This document shows positions 40,331-57,393 of a stretch of DNA of 64,000 nt, in pieces. The stretch is from Macrostomum lignano. Its lineage: Eukaryota. The notes under the pieces were generated by a model. That model made no database searches. It worked only from the letters and a program-made list of their open reading frames with translations, and was not told the DNA's origin. The stretch spans positions 114,325 to 178,324 of the forward strand of contig NIVC01001329.1 in the NCBI GenBank assembly GCA_002269645.1. The letters run 5' to 3'. Positions within the stretch are counted from its first letter, which is position 1; every line of letters starts with the position of its first letter. The position numbers and the translations under genes were made by a program.

Positions 40331-41854
40331 AACTTCTGATCCCTCAAATTTTAAATCCTTAAAACTTCAAATCCCCCTATAGAGTTGGTTCTTTTTCGAA
40401 ACACGTGACATCTTCAAACTCCAGTCAAACTCCAGTCCAGATACATGTAGGAGGCCATGACAGAAACCGCCAGCCGACGCGCTCGGCACGACAATTAAAA
40501 AAGCAACTTACGGTTAACTTGACTCCTCTTTCTGCCTTCAATGCGCAGACAATGGAAATCGGAATTGGTTTTCACGCCAGCCCCCGGGGGCATTAATTGT
40601 GTCCCTGATTCAGTCGGGACGGAAGTCAGGAGACATCTGGACCTGGGCGGTTTGTAGCGCGAGGCGAAAAAAACCACAGCAGTTTTAGAAATTCTGACTG
40701 AATTGCGGTATCATTTTAAGCCCAAACCTATAGGATTGGCCAAGGATCACCCGCATTAAAGAGAATTTGGATTGTCGACTTCTACTCCAAATGTCATCGA
40801 ATTTTTTAACTTGAAATCTTGGGGATTTGAAGTTTGTGAGATTTGAAGTTTGTTGGATTTGAAGTTTGTGAGATTTGAAGTTTGTGGGAATTGAAGTTTG
40901 TGGGATTTGACGTTTTTGGGTTTGCAGTTTGTTGGATTTGAAGTTTTGGGGTTTGCAGTTTTAGGGATATTTTGAAAAAGTTTTAACGCGCTCCAAATTC
41001 TTCTTCAATTTGTTCTCCTTGGCACTGGGGATGGCGTGACTCCAGCAACTTGATGGTCACCTGCTGTTTAAGTGTGCCGTGAAGCCCAGCAGCCAGCCAG
41101 CCAGCACAGAGTTATTTGTGCGTGACAGCTCCAATTCTAGAGAATTTTCAAAGCAAGCTAGCAGACAGGCAATTCAACATGGTGAGACCTTAAGTATAGA
41201 AGGACGGCTGCGACAAACTTCTTGGGTGGAATTTGGCGTCTTGCCATTTTTTATTTGGGAAAAATATTTCAGTTTTATCTACAATAGAAGATTTTGTTCT
41301 TTTCCTCACAAGTAAACGGACACCCCCTTTGAGCCATAGACAATGAACAGCAAGTCCTCGGTTGGCTCGGCGCTTCTGTCCGCCTTAGGTGTCACCCGCT
41401 GATCCCCTGGGCTTAAGCATATTAAGACAGAAATTGTTGGGATAGGAACAGATCCAAGCCGAGACCATGAATCTGTAGTAGCAATAAAATGCGAACTCCA
41501 GAAATGCATAAACTTCGTTGCCACTCCCTGCTTCTGGGAACTGATTTGATTGGGATAAAATTGTGCCGCATTCAACCCCCCCCCTGGGGAGTTACCTGCT
41601 CCTGTGAAAATTATTGAAACCAAATTTCACTTTGGAAATTTCATATAACGCCTGTCTGATGCTGAAACATTTCTGGCCGAATACAAAACTATTAAAATTT
41701 GTGACGACTTTTTCGTCTGGAGAATTTTAAGTAGGAACATCTGTAAGGTAATAAAAAATCACTGTGGATTTTAACAGCTTGGTCACGGTGAAACAGCATT
41801 ATGTATTGATTGATCGTTTCCAGATTTGAGAGCAGAGATGGGCCAGAGGAGAAA

Positions 41855-42315
41855 GAAGGCAGGAGAGAGAAGAGAGGAGAGAGAAGGGAGGAGAGAGTAG
41901 AGAGGAGAGATGAGAAAGGAGAGAAGAGAGGAGAGATGAGAAAGGAGAGAGAAGAGAGGAGAGATGAGAAAGGAGAGAAGAGAGGAGAGATGAGAAAGGA
42001 GAGAAGAGAGGAGAGATGAGAAAGGAGAGAGAAGAGAGGAGAGAGAAGGCAGGAGAGAGAAGAGAGGAGAGATGAGAAAGGAGAGAGAAGAGAGGAGAGA
42101 TGAGAAAGGAGAGAAGAGAGGAGAGATGAGAAAGGAGAGAGAAGAGAGGAGAGATGAGAAAGGAGAGAAGAGAGGAGAGATGAGAAAGGAGAGAGAAGAG
42201 AGGAGAGATGAGAAAGGAGAGAAGAGAGGAGAGAGAAGGCAGGAGAGAGAAGAGAAGAGAGAGGAGCGAGGAGAGAGAAGTTAAAAGCGAGAACAGATAA
42301 GAGAAGAGAGAGAAG
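41855..42315. repeat. Polypurine tandem repeat (gagatgagaaaggagagaagagag)
   Basis: Direct reading. Confidence 0.9.
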
Positions 42316-43004
42316 ATGCATGCGGATCAGAGAGGGAGATAGTGAGAAGGATATAAACAGAAGAAGTACCACAGGCAGATTCTGAGGGAGTTGCATTAAT
42401 ATGACCTTAGATGCTCGCCAGCAGCAACAGAGAGAGTGGGCAGGGCATACAGGGAGGCGATGGAAGCGGAATGAAGCAGTGTGGGGATCCCAGCGGCACA
42501 GTTGAAGGCAGAGGTGCGTTAACGGATCAGAAATACAATGGACTGGAGCAGAACAATTGGCCAGAAGTTGACAGCGGGGGAGGAGCGAGCGGCAGACTCC
42601 GGGGGCGGACCTTCTGGAGAGCGCGTGCGACGCCCTGCTGACAAACTGCGGACGATTGAGCCGCTCTTCCGCTCAGCTTCCTTTTTCGTCAAGCTTCATC
42701 AATGATATCGTGTTGCGCAAGCAAGTGGTGGGATATTTTTATCCCACTCGGTCAGCCAAGCCACTCCTCCAGATCTCGCAGGTGTTAACCGCCCTCCCCG
42801 GTGTCCGGTTGTTTTTGCGAAATCAAACGCCGCGGGGGTCCCCGCCTCCGCTTGCTGACCCCCCCGCTGTGCCGCGTCTCAAAGCCTGGGCCGCCCCGCT
42901 CATTACTACTCGTCCTAGTAAGTAGTGCAAGTGAGTTTTCTGATACTAAATAAGATAGAATAAACTGCGTGAAAATGTTTTTTATTTAAATAAGAACATT
43001 TGAA

Positions 43005-43625
43005 CTCTGCCACAGACTGCCACTGACTCTGCCAGACTGCCACTGACTCTGCCAGACTGCCACTGACTCTGCCACTGACTCTGCCACTGACTCTGCCAGA
43101 CTGCCACTGACTCTGCCACTGACTCTGCCACTGACTCTGCCACTGACTCTGCCAGACTGCCACTGACTCTGCCAGACTGCCACTGACTCTGCCACTGACT
43201 CTGCCACAGACTGCCACTGACTCTGCCACTGACTCTGCCACTGACTCTGCCACTGACTCTGCCAGACTGCCACTGACTCTGCCAGACTGCCACTGACTCT
43301 GCCAGACTGCCACTGACTCTGCCAGACTGCCACTGACTCTGCCAGACTGCCACTGACTCTGCCAGACTGCCACTGACTCTGCCAGACTGCCACTGACTCT
43401 GCCAGACTGCCACTGACTCTGCCACTGACTCTGCCACTGACTCTGCCACTGACTCTGCCAGACTGCCACTGACTCTGCCAGACTGCCACTGACTCTGCCA
43501 CTGACTCTGCCACTGACTCTGCCACTGACTCTGCCACTGACTCTGCCACTGACTCTGCCACTGACTCTGCCAGACTGCCACTGACTCTGCCGCTGACTCT
43601 TCCACTGACTCTGCCACTGACTCTG
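43005..43625. repeat. 12/20-bp compound minisatellite (gactctgccact / gactctgccagactgccact)
   Basis: Direct reading; lies just 3' of the ERG stop codon. Confidence 0.95.
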
Positions 43626-43720
43626 TCCCCTCATTAATCAGTCAAATCTCGGCACAGAAGCTGTTACACCGCTTGGGAGCTCAGCGAAATGGGCCTCCCC
43701 AATGTGCACACGGACTGTCT

Positions 43721-49390
<5,670 letters not shown>

Positions 49391-49954
49391 CGCAGTGCCA
49401 CCGACTTGTTTAGCGCTGGCACCAGCCTCCCCGCTGCACAAGGGCGGAAGTAAACGGCTGACCCACTGCCCCAGCGAGCTTGCGGCTGCAATTATTTAGC
49501 TTCATCGATTAAAAAATACCGTAAAAACCGCGAGCTTTAATTGCGCGTCAAAAACCCTAAAAAAGTACTTTAAAGTAGGAACTCCAACAGCCGATATTGC
49601 GCTCCTGAACTGAATTCGTCTGAGCAGCTCTCGGAGACCCCGCTCGTATAGTTCAATTGGGTCAATATTTCATCAAAAAATGGTTGATATTTTGACAGCT
49701 TAATTGGTCCGACGCACTCAAACCGTCTAAATTGCTCTGGGCCATGCTATATGGCGCAATCATTCTTCTACTTGACTGCCAAATTTGGACAGTGTGTTCA
49801 GTGGCACGCACCTCACACACACGCTCACACAGGGTGAACAGCGGCCCTGACTTTCTAAATCGTCAGGGGTGTACACTCTCTGCGCCTTGGGGGTTGGTCC
49901 TCATGGGTGTGGAATTGAACCAGGGGTCGTGGGTCGAGAGTCAGACACATTTAA

Positions 49955-50448
49955 CACCTGTGCCCCCCTCCCCCCAAAGCACAGAGGATGTACACTTGTG
50001 CTACTGTGCCCCCTCCCCCCAAAGTATAGAGGATGTACACTTGAGCTTCTGTGCCCCCTCCCCCCAAAGCACAGAGGATGTACACTTGTGCTTATGTGCC
50101 CCCTCCCCCAAAGCACAGAGGATGTACACTTGTGCTTCTGTGCCCCCTCCCCCCAAAGCACAGAGGATGTACACTTGTGCTACTGTGCCCCCTCCCCCCA
50201 AAGCACAGAGGATGTACACTTGTGCTACTGTGCCCCCTCCCCCCAAAGCACAGAGGATGTACACTTGTGCTACTGTGCCCCCTCCCCCCCAAAGTATAGA
50301 GGATGTACACTTGTGCTACTGTGCCCCCTCCCCCCAAAGTATAGAGGATGTACACTTGTGCTACTGTGCCCCCTCCCCCAAAGCACAGAGGATGTACACT
50401 TGTGCTACTGTGCCCCCTCCCCCAAAGCACAGAGGATGTACACTTGTG
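49955..50448. repeat. ~45-bp satellite, left arm (interrupted by the viral element)
   Basis: caaagcacagaggatgtacacttgtgctactgtgccccctcccc units. Confidence 0.95.
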
Positions 50449-51095
50449 ACTACTATATGAACCCGTATGGCGCGATTTTGCGAAGGTCCGTCGGGCTGAT
50501 GTCGGCCTCTAGCACCGCGGCAAGGTGCTCCCTCGGGGTGTACCACCTCCCCCGGGGTGTACCTCCAGCGGGGTGGGTGTCCAGCGAGTGTACCTCCAGC
50601 GGGGTGGGCCTTCCGCGAGTGTACATCCGGCCGGCTGGGCGTCCAGCGAGTGTACCTTCAGCGCATGGGCCTCCCTCGGGGTGTACATCCGGCGGGGGGA
50701 TTCCCGCCCCTCCCACCAATGTCGTGTGCACGCGGTTAGTGTAGGAAGGAAACCCCCGATGCTGACGCAGCCCTGTACACTGAGCAACCGGCCCCCCATG
50801 CGGGGGACAGAGAGCAGCCCCTGTAGCAGGAGGGGTAGTGCGTGGAGAGCCGCCATCCCCCTGTAGCAAGGGACAGATAACAGGCGGCCCCCTGTAGCAG
50901 TATGAGGTGGGGTACAAAGAGACACGGGGTGCTGGGACAGAGAGTGCGTGGAGGCACCCTGCGCTGCCCTGGCATGTCGCAGCACGCGGCGTGGACAGAG
51001 AGGGAGTGTGAGTCACACGGAGGGACAGAGAGCTTCCCCAGGCCGGGGTGGTAGAGGGACAGACCGGCGGTGAGTGATAGAGAGCTCCCCCAGGG
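50449..51095. repeat. Left terminal inverted repeat
   Basis: Starts ACTACTATATGAACCCGTATGGCGCG. Reverse complement of ~60315-60953 apart from small differences, mostly homopolymer length. Confidence 0.95.
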
Positions 51096-51185
51096 CAGTA
51101 GAGGACTTGAAAAGAAAAAACACGTATTTTAGTTGTTTCAGGTTCAGGCCATCCGGCAAACAGAGCAAAGCTCTCCAACAGTGTT

Positions 51186-51815
51186 TTATTTAGCATAAAC
51201 TACGGGGTAGCGCCCCAACACATTAGCATAGTAGCGAACAGATGCGTTCTGCAAGCAATTAACAATCAAGTAGGAGTAGGGCTCCCTAGTGGCGTCTTCG
51301 TACATTTGAACAAAACTTTTTGGGTTAGCGGGGACAAGCTGCTTTGCAATATGGGCGACTGTACTAACGTCCCGTACATTGCGGAACAATACAAGGTAGT
51401 TTGCGTTAAGGGATTGAGTGCGGTGCTCCTTGCCCTTGGCAAACAGGTTTTGTACAAGGTACCAAAGCCGGAATCCCACATGGCTGACTTTGCGAGTGAA
51501 AAATGCGGTAAAAGCAGCGTTTTTTTCCATGGCTTGCATTTGATCATCGACAACGAGTAGAATATTCGGAGCGGGAACATAGGTTTCAGGGTTAAATGTA
51601 GACGAGCGAAAATTGACAGGGTACGGTAATTCAAACAATTCCGGGTCTGGATAGTGCCCAAACCAATCAACGCGAACAGGCTTAGGGTCCTGAAAAAACT
51701 CGTTTCGCAGCAATTCTTTAACAAGAGTTGTTTTTCCGCTCTGGTTAACACCAGCAAAAATCGCCGAAGTATTTGGAGCAAACTTTAGAGCGTCAGGATC
51801 AATTGTTTGGTACAT
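51186..51815 (-). CDS. Virion DNA-packaging ATPase (A32/FtsK-like, Polinton type)
   Basis: Walker A GVNQSGKTT, Walker B LLVVDD, FTRKVSH...YLVQNLF, RTQSLNANYLVLFRN.RD. First ATG at 51815. Confidence 0.93.
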   Translation of the reverse strand: MYQTIDPDALKFAPNTSAIFAGVNQSGKTTLVKELLRNEFFQDPKPVRVDWFGHYPDPELFELPYPVNFRSSTFNPETYVPAPNILLVVDDQMQAMEKNAAFTAFFTRKVSHVGFRLWYLVQNLFAKGKEHRTQSLNANYLVLFRNVRDVSTVAHIAKQLVPANPKSFVQMYEDATREPYSYLIVNCLQNASVRYYANVLGRYPVVYAK

Positions 51816-51849
51816 TTTCAGGGCGAGTTGACACTCCAAATATTAAAAA

Positions 51850-52287
51850 CTATTTTATTTGTAGAACATGTTTTCGAACCATCAAATCATTTTCAAGCAG
51901 ATTGGTAGAGTAACATTCCCTTAAAATCTTTTCAATCGACAACCCCTCTAAAAAGTGCTTTTCGGCCACAAAAATCACATGCGGCCCACACGCTACACTT
52001 AGAGGGTGTTGAACAGGGTGGCGATTCATAGCAACAGGTGAATGTACATGCTTCGAGATCCAAGCCGAGAGCAATTCCGGCACGGGTTCAATACACAGAG
52101 GGTCAAAAAATGTCACACTCTTATCATCGTGTAGGCAAATCAGTCCCCAGTGGGTGCCTGGCAGATTACCCGTGTCAAAATTAATTACATATGCAGCAGG
52201 GTAAACAGGTGCAGGAATTCTGTCGAGAGGGCAAACGTGCACTTCCACAGGTAGTTTTAAACACTCCAAAATTTCCAACGTGTTCAT
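51850..52287 (-). CDS. Adenain-like cysteine maturation protease
   Basis: Catalytic motifs GTHW (His), FFDP (Asp), VQH (oxyanion Gln), ACG (Cys). Confidence 0.93.
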   Translation of the reverse strand: MNTLEILECLKLPVEVHVCPLDRIPAPVYPAAYVINFDTGNLPGTHWGLICLHDDKSVTFFDPLCIEPVPELLSAWISKHVHSPVAMNRHPVQHPLSVACGPHVIFVAEKHFLEGLSIEKILRECYSTNLLENDLMVRKHVLQIK

Positions 52288-53567
52288 ACGTAGTCCAGAA
52301 TGGGCTGGCGGCCTCTAGTGATTTGCACCGCGTTGTCAAAGTAACCAAACACCAAAACGTTAATCCCGGCAGGTAGGGCTGCAGAAAACTTTATCTGTAG
52401 GGTCAGATTCCCTCTCTCGCGAGGCATGCTATGTCCACCCAGTTCCATATCGGGCATTAGATTCCACGCAAATAAGCAGTAACCGGCGCGATAATCCGAA
52501 TATGACAGGTCAATGTCCAAATCGCGATTCATTTTCCCTAGGCTCTTAAACAGCATGGCGTATTCGCGAGCATAGTTTTGGGCAGCGAACCTTGGAGTGA
52601 ATGGTTGACCGCACAGACTGACACCGTCCTTGTACAGGGCCACACTGTCAGCCCCAAATGGCTCGAAATTGAACGGATTATGGGTAGCCACCCCGTTATA
52701 TGCGGCACTATTTACCATCCCCATAATGACAAGTTTAGGCTTCTGCTCCGGGAAAATATTATTGATTGACACGTCGCGAACTCCTACAGCGACAGAGGTG
52801 TTGTGTACAACGAGGCGCTCGATGGGGTAGACTGCATTCTGAGTTGCCAGCTGTTCTTCAATCTCCAAGGCCAGTTGGGGGTTAGCCTTTACCCGACGAA
52901 CGTGTAATTTTGCACTTTGAAGAACCAACTTTGCATCAACCCCTTCGGCGTGATTCTCTACAACGAATCCCGAATTTTGCAGAGTGAGCGTAACCACCAT
53001 ATCAGTGTAGGGTAGCAGCATACGATCGTTGGTGACAAAAAAGTCGAGACTAAGAGGGCCATACAGGTGAAATGTTCGAGAACCGGCAGCCATCGCCTTG
53101 CGAGTTACAAAGCCAGGATTTCCAACCGCAGCCATTTGACCCCCAGCGTCTTTAGCGTAGCCCATCATCCGCAGTTGGTTAGACTTTGAATCAGACCCAT
53201 AACTCAAGCATGTACGAATGTACGCCTTGTAGGCATGGTTGTTGTTGCTAGACTCGATATGTGTACCATTTATGGAAAGAGACACGTTTTTGAACATGGT
53301 CTCCAAGAGGTAATTGATTGGCGCCACGTTTGAATCCGCCGCCAAATCGGCTCCATTAGCTCTTTTAATACAACCTTTAATCTCGAGATCAATGTCATTA
53401 AGATCGACAAACGTCTCGCCGCCCACAATTCTAAACTCAACCACACTCGCATTTTCGACGCTGGCAACCGGGTGGATTTCTTCAGTAGTTGAACCTACAG
53501 CGGCAATCTGGTGGGCTCGAGGGGCAAAGAGCTCAAACTCGGACTTTGTACACAGACACTCGGACAT
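52284..53567 (-). CDS. Major capsid protein (double jelly-roll, Polinton PY/hexon-like)
   Basis: 427 aa. KSEFELF.P..Q, VEFRI, MFKNVSLSING, YAYKAYI..LSYG, NPFNF, GYCLFAWNL motifs typical of Polinton MCPs. Confidence 0.9.
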   Translation of the reverse strand: MSECLCTKSEFELFAPRAHQIAAVGSTTEEIHPVASVENASVVEFRIVGGETFVDLNDIDLEIKGCIKRANGADLAADSNVAPINYLLETMFKNVSLSINGTHIESSNNNHAYKAYIRTCLSYGSDSKSNQLRMMGYAKDAGGQMAAVGNPGFVTRKAMAAGSRTFHLYGPLSLDFFVTNDRMLLPYTDMVVTLTLQNSGFVVENHAEGVDAKLVLQSAKLHVRRVKANPQLALEIEEQLATQNAVYPIERLVVHNTSVAVGVRDVSINNIFPEQKPKLVIMGMVNSAAYNGVATHNPFNFEPFGADSVALYKDGVSLCGQPFTPRFAAQNYAREYAMLFKSLGKMNRDLDIDLSYSDYRAGYCLFAWNLMPDMELGGHSMPRERGNLTLQIKFSAALPAGINVLVFGYFDNAVQITRGRQPILDYV

Positions 53568-53596
53568 GTTTAGTAGACAGACTCGATTCGGCGAAT

Positions 53597-53941
53597 CTAA
53601 TTGAAGCGGGGCTTTTTATTTATAGTGCTGAAAATGTCTGAATTGAGACGCTTCGGAGCCTTTTTTCTTCTTCGTCCGCTACCCCTTTGGGTAACCGTGT
53701 CTTTAAAGGCGTCCTTGGCAGCCTGAACAGAATTGCGCAGGACAGACTCCTTCAAATTGCCTCCTTGCTCGAGGCTATCGTTAACAGTAGTTGCTAGGGC
53801 TCTAGTACCATGACGGAGAACGTTTTTACCAAAACTCTTTAGAATTGGCAGCGCGAAGCGGGCAATGCTTCCAAACAAACCGTTGCCCCTCTGGGCGCCC
53901 GCGAAAACAGGCAAAGCTCCACCAATCAGAATAGAAGGCAT
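53597..53941 (-). CDS. Conserved small Polinton virion protein (QRGxG motif, basic C-terminus; core/pX-like)
   Basis: QRGNGLFGSIARFALP..K..G...L...G.NLKES pattern; C-terminal QRGSGRRRKK. Confidence 0.7.
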   Translation of the reverse strand: MPSILIGGALPVFAGAQRGNGLFGSIARFALPILKSFGKNVLRHGTRALATTVNDSLEQGGNLKESVLRNSVQAAKDAFKDTVTQRGSGRRRKKAPKRLNSDIFSTINKKPRFN

Positions 53942-53984
53942 GATTAAGCACTAGGATATAGTTTACTGAGGCTGTGCTGTTTAT

Positions 53985-55115
53985 TTATAGCTTCTTTTCG
54001 CGGATGTTAACGCTCAAGACGGTCTTGCCCCTCATTACTTTTGTCATATCCCTGCCCATATCATCGTTAATTTGTACTTCAATAGTTTTGAATGGGTGCT
54101 TAACCAGCGGTAGATATGCCGGATTGACAAACTCGTAGTACTCGCGACCGCCCTGAACTTTGGGATCCATCGGTATAGCTCCCAACAGAGGAACTTTAAC
54201 GTCTCCTACAATAACAGAATCGACTATGCTCGAATAGATGTACATTGTTTGTATTCCACCGGTTAATTCCATTGATGCGTTTGCGTAGAAATCCGATATA
54301 CCGAAAAATGGGGTTGTATAATCATGCTCTGGGAAACCAAGCACGCTGGTCAAGCGCCCCAACCCAAACATGTAATCCACCGAGCCAATGTAATAACACC
54401 TATTCGTAACTTCGCTGTATCCGAAAAAGTCCTTTCTAGGTGCTGGAGCCGCTATGAGATCTTTGATCCGTTTCCAAATTAAATCGTTGAGTTCCTCCAC
54501 CAATCTTTTAGGTGTACTATAGTATCCACCCTGCATAAAATAGATTTGATCAGACGCTGCGCTAGTAACTTGTCTTATTATTGGAGCGTGGTCCATTGAC
54601 TGTACAGTCGGTTCCTCAACAACTGCGGTGATGGAGGCTGCACACCCCGCGTGTAATACGAGTTCAGTAGGTAGATCCTCATTAGACTCGAAGCCGGCGA
54701 CTAGTTTAAACACCTTGGGTAGGGCATCCGGGAATTTGATGCCGACGGTGGATTTTGAAGTATTCACAATCATAAAGGCGGTTGGGGATGTTCTTAAAAA
54801 GACAATTTTCTTATTATCCCCTTCAACGTATCGGATACCGTTTAGAAAGCCGGAAATACATTCTTCAGGGGTTTTCAGACCCGCTGCGAGACAAAGGCTT
54901 GCAAACGACGAAGCCGTCAAGAGGCCCTCCTGTTCGCGAATGGTGATCGGTATAGATTTTTTGAAAGATTCAAATTCTTTGGTAAAGTAGATCCGTTCGA
55001 GGCAAACCTCATGATTCGGAAAGTGGAGAGTGTCCGGTAAATTAATAAAATAATGAGCCGGATTATTTTCGGGATAGTGCTCGGGGCACGCATTGCTAGG
55101 CAGAAAGAGATGCAT
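53985..55115 (-). CDS. Minor capsid protein (penton-like, Polinton PX)
   Basis: LFLPSNA....PEN....F...LP..L, MYIYSSIVDSVIVGDVKVPLL, F.NP.YLPL....F.TIEVQI.DD.G. First ATG at 55115. Confidence 0.88.
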   Translation of the reverse strand: MHLFLPSNACPEHYPENNPAHYFINLPDTLHFPNHEVCLERIYFTKEFESFKKSIPITIREQEGLLTASSFASLCLAAGLKTPEECISGFLNGIRYVEGDNKKIVFLRTSPTAFMIVNTSKSTVGIKFPDALPKVFKLVAGFESNEDLPTELVLHAGCAASITAVVEEPTVQSMDHAPIIRQVTSAASDQIYFMQGGYYSTPKRLVEELNDLIWKRIKDLIAAPAPRKDFFGYSEVTNRCYYIGSVDYMFGLGRLTSVLGFPEHDYTTPFFGISDFYANASMELTGGIQTMYIYSSIVDSVIVGDVKVPLLGAIPMDPKVQGGREYYEFVNPAYLPLVKHPFKTIEVQINDDMGRDMTKVMRGKTVLSVNIREKKL

Positions 55116-55127
55116 GGTAGCCACGCA

Positions 55128-56206
55128 TTAGTTATTATTACGTTGACGTATATTTATAACTTCATTTACAGGTACAAATGAATTAAAAGTGTCGGGATAA
55201 CCGCGCCAGCTAACGTAATGGTGCGCAACACCATTTATTAACACGTTTCTACGCAAAACTTTATTGATTACAAAACGCTCGGGTCGGGTAGATTTGGACA
55301 GTTCATTGTAGTAAAACCGTCCCTCAATCACTTCACCAGACAAATCAGAAATACGATAAAAATGTGGGGGTCCAGGGCAAACTTTGGATATAATGTACAC
55401 CTCCTCACTATACATGTCGTACGCCTCCTTGTCGAATGCCCTGCGAGATTTCGAAATTCTCACAAAATCCCCCTTTTTATATACGGGTCGTCTTTTTGCT
55501 GATCCGGGTAGAGCTTTTCCCACACACGCTTCTGATTGTGGAACCCTACACTTGACGGTTTCATCTCAATAGTAGAATGCGTCGTGTTGTTGTAATTGCC
55601 TACCAAATTAGGTAAGTAGTCAACCCAACGCCACGTGTTGTTGTGCTCAAAGTAGCGAGCCAGACGCTTTCGAAGAGTTCTAATCAGCCTCTCGGCCATG
55701 TTTGCCTTGTACACAGAGTTGGTGCTGTACATTTTAACATTATTGTCTTTTAGTATGCGGCGCATTCGCTGATTATAAAACTCGGTACCCCGATCCACGT
55801 GAAGGTAAAGGGGGCGGGCAGGGAAATCATTCGCCAACATTGACTCAAACGCTGCGGGGGTATCACTCTTTAGTTTAATTGCCCTACAAAAAGCCTGCTT
55901 ACTAAGCACATCAATAACAACTAGTATATATTTATGTCCGTCATTCCAACGTTTGTATCGCGACATGTCCATCAAATCGGCTTGTAGAGTTTCCATGAAT
56001 CCTCCCGACATTACTTTTCCCGTTTTAAATGTCCTGTTGACTCTCCGGTGACGGGTGTAACTCGGTTGGGTTTCTAGCCATTCCCTGGTTTGGCGTCTTG
56101 TCAGGTTTGGCGCCAGACGTTTGGCCTCCTGATAGACACGGGCAGCATTTGAAAAAGCGGCGGCTCCTTGTTCGTAAACTCGACGAAGAGCGGTTAGAGC
56201 CCTCAT
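55128..56206 (-). CDS. Retroviral-type DDE integrase with C-terminal chromodomain, split by a -1 frameshift near 55480-55520
   Basis: QADL (D), VDRGTEF (D), AERL (E) in ORF 55460-56206. YKKGDFVRISK...GRFY..EL...INKVLRR...VSWRGYP..FNSFVP in overlapping ORF 55128-55523. Confidence 0.92.
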
Positions 56207-56336
56207 TGACAACAAGTGTGGATGCACAGCATGAATAGTTGCACGTAATGTCGGCTGGGGAGTTGTCTACACAAAGCTTTGACGCGGCGGCTGCTGCGCC
56301 CATGACCGCCGGCGCGCGTTATGTTTGGATAGGGTT

Positions 56337-56963
56337 CTATTTATAAAGAGTCACGTATTTTTTCTTTTTCTCGGGTGGTCTTAGTTGGTAATCGTGATAT
56401 TTACCCACCCCGGTACCTTGATCCACAAGTTTGGGCATAGCATTTACACCTTTGTTGCGCGTGGTCGTTAAATCGCGGGTGTCTGTCGCAATTGTGTGCT
56501 CATATTCATCGCGGTAATCGTCGGTACCAACCATATGGTCAACCTTCTTTTCCTCCACAGGGAGCTGTTTCCGACCGAGCATAGACATTGGTATACGGGC
56601 CTTGTCTAGCAGAGCCCAGAAAGCGGTTGAATATTTCGGGTGATTATTAGTGTTGGTGGTGACGGCTTGTAGAAGATCAAAAACGTTGCTGCCACCCCAA
56701 GTTTCACCATCAAAAACGACTTCCCACGATTGGTTGTAATTTAGGCTGGGGTGCTTTTCTGTTAGTATATTCCATATACGTTGTTGCCTATCAGAAAATA
56801 GCTGCTTTGTCGTCTTTTGGGGTTTTACTTTAGCCAATTGGGTCTGTAGCTTTGCATTGTACTCTACAAGTTTTTCGTACTCCGATTTTGGGGCAATTTC
56901 TCGCGGAGTACCCTGTCTAAGCTGATTGAATTCCTCCTCGGGGACCACAACGTACTTGTCCAT
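56337..56963 (-). CDS. Conserved Polinton ORF (GSNxxDL motif), function unknown
   Basis: MDKYVVVPEEEF start and W.VVFDGE..GGSNVFDLL...P....FW.LL....IP pattern, recalled from Polinton accessory ORFs. Confidence 0.6.
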   Translation of the reverse strand: MDKYVVVPEEEFNQLRQGTPREIAPKSEYEKLVEYNAKLQTQLAKVKPQKTTKQLFSDRQQRIWNILTEKHPSLNYNQSWEVVFDGETWGGSNVFDLLQAVTTNTNNHPKYSTAFWALLDKARIPMSMLGRKQLPVEEKKVDHMVGTDDYRDEYEHTIATDTRDLTTTRNKGVNAMPKLVDQGTGVGKYHDYQLRPPEKKKKYVTLYK

Positions 56964-56965
56964 TT

Positions 56966-57355
56966 TCAACGTCGTTGTCCTAGCAGACCACCAAACAGTC
57001 CAGTGATTAACGGAGCAGCAATCTTGGCGAGAATTGGTAGGAATCCTCCAACTTGAGGGTCCGATAGTATCATATTCTTCTTCCTATTTATAGACAGTTT
57101 TTTGTCGGCCATGTCATGCAGGGCTTCTCTATAACGTTTCAACCTTGCAAACTGTCTAGGGGATAGATCGATATTGCCCTTGAGTACATTGTGGCTTAAC
57201 TCGCACAGACACTGCATCAACTCATTATCGGCTCCCCTAATAATGGCCCTCCTTCGATGTGGTCGCGCGTCACCGAGCTCCTCTAGCTCGCGACGGCAAG
57301 AACAAAGACGAGAAATTCCGTTTGTCATTATTAAGGTGGTAAGCATTGCGTGCAT
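56966..57355 (-). CDS. Polinton virion protein with C-terminal amphipathic peptide (pVI/cupiennin-like)
   Basis: IIRGADNELMQCLCE...NVLKGNI.L...L.RY...L, then QVGG|FLPILAKIAAPLITGLFGGLL. Confidence 0.72.
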   Translation of the reverse strand: MHAMLTTLIMTNGISRLCSCRRELEELGDARPHRRRAIIRGADNELMQCLCELSHNVLKGNIDLSPRQFARLKRYREALHDMADKKLSINRKKNMILSDPQVGGFLPILAKIAAPLITGLFGGLLGQRR

Positions 57356-57393
57356 ACATGTGCATATTTTGTTTATTTATAAGCAAAGCATAA

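Noticed and set aside
38897-42925. Several 60-170-aa ORFs between the TATA array and the ERG 3' end
   Set aside because: No recognisable motifs or consistent splice structure, so I cannot support them as genes.
50453-51196. 247-aa ORF and its mirror at 60230-60952
   Set aside because: Both are GC-rich TIR sequence read in mirror image, with no domain similarity.
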